NCBI GenBank assembly: GCA_025839675.1
Contig: CP104013.1
Coordinates: 5,490,001 to 5,522,000 of the forward strand
DNA from: Candidatus Lokiarchaeum ossiferum
Lineage (GTDB): Archaea; Asgardarchaeota; Lokiarchaeia; Sigyniarchaeales; Promethearchaeaceae
DNA: 32,000 bases
Reading direction: 5' to 3'
In this document: piece after piece, positions 17,247 to 25,660 of the stretch
Layout of the letters: each line of letters starts with the position of its first letter
How positions within the stretch are numbered: the stretch's first letter is position 1
The notes under the pieces: model-generated
What the model was told of the DNA's origin: nothing
The model's input: only the letters and a program-made list of their open reading frames with translations
Database searches by the model: none
Position numbers and translations under genes: made by a program

Positions 17247-18776
17247 TCAATCAATAATATTCAGAGAAGCGACCATGGAATCAAGATTCCAGGATGCAAT
17301 TCCGGAAATCCGCAGAAGAGCTAATAAAGAAAGATTATCTTCAAAATATTTTCCTGATCCCCCAATATTACCTTGATTGGCCATTATTGTGTCCCATCCG
17401 TTAGTAAGTTGAATTTCATTTCCAAAGTAGATATGGGTGGTCAATGCCATAACAAGATGTGAAAAATCATCCCAATTTTCCTCAAGTGGGGGTATTCCGG
17501 TTTCGATATCATAAAAACCTTTTAGGTTGCTTTGGTTTTCGAACCAAGAATGGTAGTCTCGAATATAGCGATCCACTTCAGAACCATTTACTTTTGATGA
17601 AAAATCCATATCTAAGATATTCCCGATTCTCCAAGGACATCGAACTGCATTTTGAGCTAAATCCCCATCATGGTTCCATTCTTCCCCTCCTTCCAGGAAA
17701 TATCCTACTGATTCATAGGCTTTATACAATCCTTCACCATTAAAAGCTGGACCATTAGGTGCAGGAATAATAGATGTTCCATTATTCAAATGGTCTATCC
17801 ACCCAAAATCAGGGACCATTGCGGAATGTATACCTGATGAACGTACATCTTCCAAATTGGAAATGGAATCTTGAAAGAGTTTTAGATACAATGATGCTTC
17901 ATCAATAAATTCCAGCTTCAATAATATTTTGTGGAAAAACAATAAACGATCTAATCCATAATCTGAAAATCGGGTACTATATTTCAAATGACTGTTACTT
18001 AATAACTGGGATTTAATCCAGTCCCCAATTGTCAATACATATCGTCTATTTGGGGCATCGTGAATAATATTACGTGGTAATCCACGTATCAATAAATTCA
18101 TCGCTGCATCAAAATATCTCGTTGTATTATCCTTTTGCTCCCAATTGAGATGGGCAAGCAACAAAGCATAACAGATATCAAGGTCTCCATCTGTGGCACT
18201 TCCTTGAATTGATACTTTCCCATATTGCGCGGGTGTAGGTACTAGCCATGCCATTAGCCCACTATTTGCAGGACTATTCTCGGATTTACATGCAAGGTAT
18301 GTTTTAAATAATCCATCAAAATATTGGCGAGCAGAAATGTTGTTTACTATAGTTCCCGCCATGTAAACTGAAATTAACATTCCATAGGAAATTCCTTCGG
18401 AAGTAGAACAGTAATTATCTGGATCCAAATCCCCCGGAAAAATACTTCCTGTTTGATCAACATAATAGGCTCCCTCCATCCCTGAAATGGACCACGGTTT
18501 AAAATAAGCATTTACGTAATTTGTGTACCAAGATTGAAGATCTGAAACTCTCTTGTTTAAGGAATAGGGATAATGGGATATTCCTCTTTTCTCCCCAGTC
18601 ATAGTCCAATTTTGTAGTGATTCATGATTTGAAAATGTGATAAATGCATCTGTGCTCAGAGACGAAGGAAGATCATCTTTTTCATTTGTCATATAAATAT
18701 ACACCGGGATTACTGTGCCAATAATAAGTAATGAGATGATAAATGCTCTAATTTTCCCTTTTTTTTTTAAAGTCAT
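17247..18776 (-). CDS. Membrane-anchored glycoside hydrolase family 8 (endoglucanase/chitosanase/xylanase family)
   Basis: 509 aa. N-terminal signal anchor KIRAFIISLLIIGTVIPVYIYM. TSEGISYGMLISVYM resembles the GH8 catalytic-Glu region. ATDGDLDICYALLLAHLNW matches the GH8 signature A-[ST]-D-[AG]-D-x2-[IM]-A-x-[SA]-[LIVM]-[LIVMG]-x-A-x3-[FW] with one mismatch (C for A). Confidence 0.8.
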   Translation of the reverse strand: MTLKKKGKIRAFIISLLIIGTVIPVYIYMTNEKDDLPSSLSTDAFITFSNHESLQNWTMTGEKRGISHYPYSLNKRVSDLQSWYTNYVNAYFKPWSISGMEGAYYVDQTGSIFPGDLDPDNYCSTSEGISYGMLISVYMAGTIVNNISARQYFDGLFKTYLACKSENSPANSGLMAWLVPTPAQYGKVSIQGSATDGDLDICYALLLAHLNWEQKDNTTRYFDAAMNLLIRGLPRNIIHDAPNRRYVLTIGDWIKSQLLSNSHLKYSTRFSDYGLDRLLFFHKILLKLEFIDEASLYLKLFQDSISNLEDVRSSGIHSAMVPDFGWIDHLNNGTSIIPAPNGPAFNGEGLYKAYESVGYFLEGGEEWNHDGDLAQNAVRCPWRIGNILDMDFSSKVNGSEVDRYIRDYHSWFENQSNLKGFYDIETGIPPLEENWDDFSHLVMALTTHIYFGNEIQLTNGWDTIMANQGNIGGSGKYFEDNLSLLALLRISGIASWNLDSMVASLNIID

Positions 18777-18977
18777 ATTCCCATCTCTCTGATTTCAAAT
18801 GACTCATTGTTAAAAAAATTTCAGTGAATTCTAATTTCAACATAAATTGTGATGAATTCTAATAATTTCATTCAAAATGATTAATCGATACAATAAATGG
18901 GAAGTTTCATTCAAGAAAAAATGATTCGTGTATAGTAAAATAGAAAAAAGTCAAATAATTGTCGATTTGATAAATCG

Positions 18978-20243
18978 CTAAGCACTAAAGTTTTCGGGAT
19001 CATCGATTTCCATGAGTGGTGAATACAGTTTGCCTCGTTGATAATGGAGAACGATATTTCGTATATCATCCTTTTCTTGTGAGGCATTCTCAATTCCTTG
19101 GATACAAAGCAAATTACCCAATTTAGACACGTTTTCAAATCCTTTTGTGCCTATTTTCACTTGTCCAAAGTTTGCTACCCGTCCTACAGCCATCTGAAAT
19201 ATGGATATTTCACTTATTTTACCCATAATTGCATCCCGCTGGCGGATTGTGATAAATTTTTTAAACATAATTATTCTCCGGTCGGTTACATAGTAATCAA
19301 AGCCCTTTGAATGATATTTACTCACAACATACATGATGATAATCAAAGTTCCTATTAAAATCCCTACTGCTAAGAGAAGATTATCTACTGAGACCAAACC
19401 AAGTAATTCTGGGACAGCTTGAAAAATATATAGTCCCCCTGCCGCCAGTGGAACTAACATCTTGAAAAAGGAACTCGCCCGCTTCATTTTATAGGACTTA
19501 TAAACTACTTCATCTGGATATAATTGAAGTTCTTGGGGATGTTGAATTGTTGTTCTTTCCAGCTCTGGGATATACAATTTCGGTATTTCCATTTCTGGAT
19601 TTGCATAAAAGTCCATGATTCTTTTTATGAGTTTTTTCACCCGAAAAGGTTGGTGGATATTTAAAAATCCTCGCATTTGAATAACATTTTTGATATTTCC
19701 ACCTTGAACGCCTCCCATCATTCCCTCATTGGAGCCTGTGATTATAAATAAATTTCCGATGTCAAACCATCTTCCAACAAATCCTTTTCGAAGAATAATA
19801 TCAACAATATTGGTATAATCCACAGATCTCGCCCAACGTTGAAGAAAAGTATACCCGACAACAATACGCTTATTAGTAATTAAATATCTAAACGATGTGG
19901 CACCAATTACTTTAAAGATTATCATCACTATCGCTACTACCCCAAATAAAATAATTGATATAATTGCTACCAACCCATCGAAAACGGATAAAGCAAATGG
20001 AATTCCTATTGAAATTGCTGCAATAATGATGAAGGGTAAAGACACTTGAAAAATAGAATACTTAATATTTTGATAGCTTAAATATAATAGTTGTTCACCA
20101 GGTTCAAATCGAAATTCCGATTTGAAGGCATTATTATTAAAGAATCGCTCTTCAGCCTTTGGATTCCGTAAATCCATAAATTCTTGACCTAACGATGAGA
20201 AAAATTGCTCTTCTGTCTGCTCCATATAACATTCTCTCTCCAA
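18978..20243 (-). CDS. YdbT-like membrane protein with two [2 TM + bacterial-type PH (bPH_2)] modules
   Basis: 421 aa. Two repeats of a hydrophobic hairpin are each followed by a PH-like segment: YLITNKRIVVGYTFLQRWARSVDYTNIVDIILRKGFVGRWFDIGNLFI and YYVTDRRIIMFKKFITIRQRDAIMGKISEISIFQMAVGRVANFGQVKI. The track start is TTG at 20243; the ATG at 20225 (MEQTEEQ) is more likely. Confidence 0.75.
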   Translation of the reverse strand: MERECYMEQTEEQFFSSLGQEFMDLRNPKAEERFFNNNAFKSEFRFEPGEQLLYLSYQNIKYSIFQVSLPFIIIAAISIGIPFALSVFDGLVAIISIILFGVVAIVMIIFKVIGATSFRYLITNKRIVVGYTFLQRWARSVDYTNIVDIILRKGFVGRWFDIGNLFIITGSNEGMMGGVQGGNIKNVIQMRGFLNIHQPFRVKKLIKRIMDFYANPEMEIPKLYIPELERTTIQHPQELQLYPDEVVYKSYKMKRASSFFKMLVPLAAGGLYIFQAVPELLGLVSVDNLLLAVGILIGTLIIIMYVVSKYHSKGFDYYVTDRRIIMFKKFITIRQRDAIMGKISEISIFQMAVGRVANFGQVKIGTKGFENVSKLGNLLCIQGIENASQEKDDIRNIVLHYQRGKLYSPLMEIDDPENFSA

Positions 20244-20248
20244 ATCTC

Positions 20249-20893
20249 TTATTCTTTAATATTTTCTTGATGATCTGGATCTTTTAAATTTTCTACTGTA
20301 TTTTTGGCCCTTCGGTCATAGTATTTCTGGCGCATTTGATCTTGGTTTATACGAATTTGATCTAAAACTATATTTCTCACTTTAAAGACATCCATAATTC
20401 CTTCGATGGAAAACATTCCAAACTTGGTTGCCCCCATTTCTACTCCCGCTGTTACAGGTAATAATACGCCAAAATTAAAGATACGCCCCCAGAGCGACTG
20501 ACGTAACACTAGATCAGTGATTCGTTTATATTCGATTTCCCTAAATAAGATGCCCAAAAACTTTCTTTGCATTATTATGCGTTTATTGGTGATGACATAC
20601 ATGTGCCCTTGCACAAACCATTTACCCACTAACATTGAAATCAGAAATATCCCTAACCATACATAGAAAAATATTAGGACAATAGTACCCATTACGCTCT
20701 TTATTGTGGGGAATGTCAACCCTAAAACTATTTGGATAACCAAAATAATGATCCATAAAATGCTATTATGTGCGATTTTTGGAATAAAATAGGAGTGGTT
20801 AGTTCTTTGAATTGTCTTAAAAACTTGTTCATCTTCTTCTAAATCAACGATATGATTTATTTCTGTTAAAATGGGATCCGCTTCTTCTGTCAT
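20249..20893 (-). CDS. YdbS-like membrane protein with one [2 TM + bPH_2 PH-like] module
   Basis: 214 aa. Two TM helices are followed by MYVITNKRIIMQRKFLGILFREIEYKRITDLVLRQSLWGRIFNFGVLLPV. It lies immediately upstream of the YdbT-like gene, with a 5-nt gap to the TTG start. Confidence 0.75.
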   Translation of the reverse strand: MTEEADPILTEINHIVDLEEDEQVFKTIQRTNHSYFIPKIAHNSILWIIILVIQIVLGLTFPTIKSVMGTIVLIFFYVWLGIFLISMLVGKWFVQGHMYVITNKRIIMQRKFLGILFREIEYKRITDLVLRQSLWGRIFNFGVLLPVTAGVEMGATKFGMFSIEGIMDVFKVRNIVLDQIRINQDQMRQKYYDRRAKNTVENLKDPDHQENIKE

Positions 20894-20968
20894 TTTAATA
20901 TTTCACTCAAAAGTTTCTCGTAATCACTAAATAGGATATCTCGCAGGAATATATGAGTGTTTCGCTAA

Positions 20969-21017
20969 TTCATATAAGATGAGAAAAAAAGAGTTCCTTT
21001 TGATGAACTGAAAATCT
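20969..21017. repeat. Upstream copy of the 49-bp direct-repeat core
   Basis: TTCATATAAGATGAGAAAAAAAGAGTTCCTTTTGATGAACTGAAAATCT matches 28985-29033 at 46 of 49 positions at a constant offset of 8016 bp. Similarity stops abruptly to the left of 20968/28984. Confidence 0.9.
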
Positions 21018-21028
21018 TGGAAAAGGAA

Positions 21029-21150
21029 TCAAATAATTTCGATGTTTTCTACCAAATACCCATCATTGAAGATGATTTTTAGCATTTTTCAAAATTGATC
21101 TACTTGAATTTCAATGAATTATCCTTTTATCATCCACCAGATGTGCATAA
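21029..21150 (-). pseudogene. Decayed fragment of an aIF1/SUI1 gene (C-terminal ~40 codons, two in-frame stops and one frameshift)
   Basis: Minus-strand hand translation gives LCTSGG[fs]IKG*FIEIQVDQF*KMLKIIFNDGYLVENIEII*. The intact gene at 29045-29365 reads YCASGGTVKGHTIEVQGDHRQKLLKFLLNIGYSEENIEII*. Identity is 17 of 29 over the last 29 codons, with the stop codon at the homologous position. Nucleotide identity is about 65% (73/113 by hand) at the same 8016-bp offset. Confidence 0.8.
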
Positions 21151-21246
21151 TCCAATGTCTATTTGATGGAAATCAAAGCAATAAGTGAAGTAAGGAGCAA
21201 AGCTTTATAAATTGTGGGAGTTTGGTCTATTTATCAATAAGAGAAA

Positions 21247-24200
21247 ATGAAAACCATGAAATTTTTGTTTCCTTTCTACGTGCGCTTATCACTTCAATGG
21301 ATAAAAAAATCTTATCTTATTATTATTTCTGTAAGTGTGACGCTGTCCATGATTTTAGCAACAAATCTCGTCATTGAAAGCGGTATTTCTGAAGATTTTA
21401 CGGCTCATATGGAAAATTCATCTGAGTTCATTATAGGGTCCCCTGAATCTACTACTATTATTCCCGAAAATATCGCTGCTGAACTTCAAGATTATGAAAA
21501 TCGGGTTTTGTCAATTTCGCAAACTTCGGAAAAGAATTCAAAATTATTTAGTGACATTGATTCTTATAAATTTTTTATGATTCATGCAGGTTGGGGTAGT
21601 TTTGGTTTACGGGAAAACTATCCGATTTCAAAAGGGAGTTTTGACTTTGGAAGTTTGACATCAAGAATTAATTTTTTTGTCTATCCCGAAAATTATTATC
21701 GGACGGAGAGATTTGCCAAAAATTTCATATTAATGGAAGGCTCTTATCCCAAAACAGAAACTGAAGTATTAGTCCCTTATACCTATAATTTGCTGTGGAA
21801 TTATCAAATTGGTGATGACTTTGATATGACTTATTTTGTTGGGGATTCATCTGTTACGGAATTTCGTCTTCAAGAAAATGGTTCTATTCAAATTGCATTT
21901 CCCAATCCAGATATCATTCAAAGAATTCATCTAAATTCCGTTAAAATTGTTGGATTTTATGTTTTTTCTTCCAGATTGATAGATATCCTTGGGGAGACCT
22001 ATCAAATGGATTTAACCTATGAAAAAATTATGGGAGATGATTTAGGATCAAATAATTATGATGATACACCTCTCTTTTTCTATTCTAATTTTTCCCAATC
22101 AAGCATTGCGAACCATCCTGCTTACCATTTCTACGATACCATTTTCCAAAATAATTCTCTTTTTAATGCAGTTATGCATCAAACTTACAATATATTGGGT
22201 GATAGCAATATTTTTCATTCTGGAATTACATTAGCACGAAGTTTGGATGAGATAAATTATAATGATATCACTTCGTATGAAAATCAATTAAATCAAATTC
22301 ATCAAGTCTTGCAAACGAGCTTCAAAACAGAAACTTATTTGAGAACTTATAGATATTCAATTAATAACCTTCGTTCTTATGTAGCCACTATGCGATTATA
22401 TTCTTTTGCTATTAATCTCCCATTAATGATTTTTACTATCTTTATTGCTTTTTCCAGTATGCAAAATTGGAAGAAGTCACGCTTGGATAGTTTTTTACAA
22501 TTGTCTATTAAAGGAATGACTAAAAAGCAAATTAGATCTCAAATGATTCTAGAAATCATTTCAATGAGTGTGATCTGTGTACTGATCAGCATTTTATTGA
22601 GTTTTATTCTATTTTTCCCTATAAGATCTACACTAATATCGTTGTTTTTTCCAACTTTATCTGTAAATCAAATTCAGATCACCATAAGTCCTTTTTGGAG
22701 TGCTTTTACCTTCTTATTTGCGTTTATTACTATTAGCATATCCTATAAGCATCTTTTTAAAACACTTAAAAAAACCGAAATACAAGATATTTATGAAAAT
22801 CAAAATCAAGAATATCTTCTGGGAATTTATAATGAGAATACTACTTATGCTGAGAAAAAACCAAAAAAAAATTCAAAAAAACATAAAGAGAGTCAATATG
22901 AAGATAGTGTTGAAGAAACAGAGAAATCAAATCGAAAAATCTCCTACTTTCTCTTTCCCTTTATACTTGTTCCTTTATTTGTTTACGGTTTAGCCTTGTA
23001 TTCTGCCAATCATGATCTTTCGAACGATTTATCTAATTTTGTCAATGATATTTTCCGTAGCGCTGGAGTGACAATGGTTTTTGCATTGATTTTACCTATT
23101 CTGATTGTGCTTTTTGGGATCTATCGGTTTTTGATTGTCGAATCACCTCGAAGATATGCTAAATTATGTTGCTTTCTATCTAAACCCTTAAATCGGGAGT
23201 TGAATTATTTGATGGGCTTGGAAATGATACGGAGGAAGGAATTTCGGTATATTATTATTATGCTGGTGGTTTTTCTTTCATCAACTTTCATTTTAAATCC
23301 ATATTCTACTTCAAGTGCAAGTTATCCCAAAGTGATTGCTAATAGTTTGATTGGCGCCGATATCACTATCGAAATTCAATTTGATGAGACCAATTTGGGG
23401 AGTCAAATCAGTCATACTGCTTTTGATTCTCAAATCCAAAATATTTTCGATGAAGAGAATATTTCATTAGAACAACCTCTTTCAGTAGTTACTCAAAGAG
23501 CTGAAATTTATGCAAAATCAGGAAGCGAAACATTGGTACAAAGAAGGATTCACTATTTTAACTTCTCACAATTTCTCAAATTTAATTCCCATCAGAATAA
23601 TCACTTTCCAAGCACAGTTTTGGATCAATCAATTGAAGATGTTGTTGAATACAATAAAGATCCTAATAGTTCGGATGTCGGGATTGTTTGTGGAAGCGCT
23701 TATGACTTCTATAAGGATCTGGAAGATTTTCCTCCCTTCGTTGTAAATATGACCTATTTCAATTCAAATTTAATGAAAATCGAATCGATCGAGTTAGAGT
23801 GTAAATTATTAGCACGAACGGATTCATTTTCACCTGTTAGTAATTACGAATCAGGGTATGATTATGGATGGGATCTATTTATTGACATTACTCACGTTTT
23901 ACCATTTAATTGCACCCTTTTAGCCCAAGAATATGTTTTTTTGGGAAATAAAATGGATAAAAGCGACGATTCCATTTTAAACAATGATAAATTAACTGAA
24001 TTCCTTGAAACGGAAACGAAGCAGTATGATATTAATGAAGTGGATTATCAATATATGCAATACAGCACCTCTTTTGCTCTATTTAAAACAAAATTAGGAT
24101 ATTCTCTTTATTCGTTATTATTACTCGCATTTAGTTTAACTATCAGTCAGGGTATAATGTTTATACATAGCACACGTAACAATTTTGTGTTTTATGGGCA

Positions 24201-24528
24201 TTTACTAACTCGAGGGGTAAGTAGAAAACAAGTATACTTATTTGGTTTAGGACAATTACTCCTTATGTTCTTTTTGGCAACGATAATTACTCTTATTACT
24301 ACTACTCTTCCAATAATACTTGCTTTAAAGGTGTTACCCGGGCAGATCGTAGCACAAGATACCTATAGATATGAATGGGCAATTGGAAAATATCCTGTTT
24401 TGCTCAACTGGCCCTTATTAGGGATCAATGTTTTCATTATTTTCTTAGGAACCATAATTCTTTATTCAGTTTTTATCAAATCCCATAAAACAGAATCCTT
24501 TTTTGAACATACAAAACAACAAAACTAA
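21247..24528 (+). CDS. ABC transporter permease, fused double FtsX/MacB-type (1093 aa) with two large ectodomains and a Lys-rich central linker
   Basis: N-terminal anchor SYLIIISVSVTLSMILATNLVI. FtsX-like segments are LQLSIKGMTKKQIRSQMILEIISMSVICVLISILLSF and YGHLLTRGVSRKQVYLFGLGQLLLMFFLATIITLI. The central linker is KKPKKNSKKHKESQYEDSVEETEKSNRK. Confidence 0.9.
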   Translation: MKTMKFLFPFYVRLSLQWIKKSYLIIISVSVTLSMILATNLVIESGISEDFTAHMENSSEFIIGSPESTTIIPENIAAELQDYENRVLSISQTSEKNSKLFSDIDSYKFFMIHAGWGSFGLRENYPISKGSFDFGSLTSRINFFVYPENYYRTERFAKNFILMEGSYPKTETEVLVPYTYNLLWNYQIGDDFDMTYFVGDSSVTEFRLQENGSIQIAFPNPDIIQRIHLNSVKIVGFYVFSSRLIDILGETYQMDLTYEKIMGDDLGSNNYDDTPLFFYSNFSQSSIANHPAYHFYDTIFQNNSLFNAVMHQTYNILGDSNIFHSGITLARSLDEINYNDITSYENQLNQIHQVLQTSFKTETYLRTYRYSINNLRSYVATMRLYSFAINLPLMIFTIFIAFSSMQNWKKSRLDSFLQLSIKGMTKKQIRSQMILEIISMSVICVLISILLSFILFFPIRSTLISLFFPTLSVNQIQITISPFWSAFTFLFAFITISISYKHLFKTLKKTEIQDIYENQNQEYLLGIYNENTTYAEKKPKKNSKKHKESQYEDSVEETEKSNRKISYFLFPFILVPLFVYGLALYSANHDLSNDLSNFVNDIFRSAGVTMVFALILPILIVLFGIYRFLIVESPRRYAKLCCFLSKPLNRELNYLMGLEMIRRKEFRYIIIMLVVFLSSTFILNPYSTSSASYPKVIANSLIGADITIEIQFDETNLGSQISHTAFDSQIQNIFDEENISLEQPLSVVTQRAEIYAKSGSETLVQRRIHYFNFSQFLKFNSHQNNHFPSTVLDQSIEDVVEYNKDPNSSDVGIVCGSAYDFYKDLEDFPPFVVNMTYFNSNLMKIESIELECKLLARTDSFSPVSNYESGYDYGWDLFIDITHVLPFNCTLLAQEYVFLGNKMDKSDDSILNNDKLTEFLETETKQYDINEVDYQYMQYSTSFALFKTKLGYSLYSLLLLAFSLTISQGIMFIHSTRNNFVFYGHLLTRGVSRKQVYLFGLGQLLLMFFLATIITLITTTLPIILALKVLPGQIVAQDTYRYEWAIGKYPVLLNWPLLGINVFIIFLGTIILYSVFIKSHKTESFFEHTKQQN

Positions 24529-24558
24529 CATGAATTCTAAAAAAAATCAAAATAAAAA

Positions 24559-25617
24559 ATGATGACAATCATGGAAGATACAGCAATAAATAGTCTAGAA
24601 AATACCCCAAAATCACCCATTGCCCAACTGGACGAGGTCTACAAGATATTCAAGAGTGGATCAAATGAAATAATGGCTTTAAAAAACATTAACTTGAAAA
24701 TTTATCCCGGAGAACTGATAGTTATTATGGGCCCGAGTGGATCTGGAAAAACAACCCTCTTACATGTCTTGGCTGGAATAACTCGCCCATCATCTGGCAC
24801 AATCATAGTAAATGATTTGGAAGTCCATCGATTAAAAGATCAAGGTATACAAGATCTCCTACAAAATCATATCGGAATTATTTTCCAATTCTTCAACCTA
24901 ATTCCTACTCTTTCTGCAGCAGGAAATGTTGAAATGCCAATGATTGTTTCTAAAGTGAATAAAAAAACGCGGAAAGAGAGGGTCAATTTACTATTAGATG
25001 AAGTTGAAATGCTTGATCGTGCCAACCATCGTCCTTATGCCCTTTCAGGTGGGGAAAAGCAAAGAATTGCCATTGCTCAGGCCTTTGCTAATGATCCTGA
25101 ATTAATTTTAGCCGATGAACCAACAGGTAATGTAGATTCGATTTCAGCCGAAAAAATAATGAGTTATTTTAAGAAAGTATTGATCGATAATCCTGAAAAA
25201 TCAATGGTAATTGTAACTCATGATAGTGCTTTCCGCAAAATTGCAGATCGAACAATGATCTTGAAGGATGGCGAGATTGTAAAGGAATATGGGCGTTTAG
25301 ATCAAAAGCCCCTTCAAGATAATTTTGAAGGGGAAAATGAAACAACTATTGCTTCCATTACTAAAAAACAAGAAGAAGCTAATTTAATAATAAATGGAGC
25401 GAAAAATTATCCTTTATTTAAAGATATTAAGGATTGTCCCCTCTGTCATTCGAAAAATATCTTAAAAAATTATGATAAGGACGGAGGTGCTATGTATTAT
25501 CAAAATCAGCAAATTGTAAGTCGAATTTCGATAGCTTGTCGTGAGTGTAACGAAATATCCTATCAATTTGGAGGGATTTTTGATCTTAAACGGGATCTCC
25601 ATGACCCAAATAAATAG
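24559..25617 (+). CDS. ABC transporter ATP-binding protein (MacB/LolD-like) with a C-terminal four-Cys zinc ribbon
   Basis: Walker A GPSGSGKTT, Q-loop IGIIFQFF, signature LSGGEKQR, Walker [14 protein letters not shown]-loop IVTHD. The ~115-aa tail contains CPLCHS..(29 aa)..CRECNE, with the ribbon at nt 25435-25554. Confidence 0.9.
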   Translation: MMTIMEDTAINSLENTPKSPIAQLDEVYKIFKSGSNEIMALKNINLKIYPGELIVIMGPSGSGKTTLLHVLAGITRPSSGTIIVNDLEVHRLKDQGIQDLLQNHIGIIFQFFNLIPTLSAAGNVEMPMIVSKVNKKTRKERVNLLLDEVEMLDRANHRPYALSGGEKQRIAIAQAFANDPELILADEPTGNVDSISAEKIMSYFKKVLIDNPEKSMVIVTHDSAFRKIADRTMILKDGEIVKEYGRLDQKPLQDNFEGENETTIASITKKQEEANLIINGAKNYPLFKDIKDCPLCHSKNILKNYDKDGGAMYYQNQQIVSRISIACRECNEISYQFGGIFDLKRDLHDPNK

Positions 25618-25660
25618 AAATCATTTTTTAGGAATGAAGTAAAAAAAAAATCTGATCACT

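Noticed and set aside
18911-19138. 75-aa minus-strand ORF overlapping the 3' end of the YdbT-like gene
   Set aside because: It is an alternative frame of the same strand overlapping a supported gene. The remainder lies in the GH8 promoter region, and nothing supports it as a gene.
22700-22993. 97-aa Lys-rich ORF in an alternative frame of permease 1 (also 23510-23746)
   Set aside because: It is a product of the A-rich linker sequence read out of frame, and the main frame has clear FtsX architecture.
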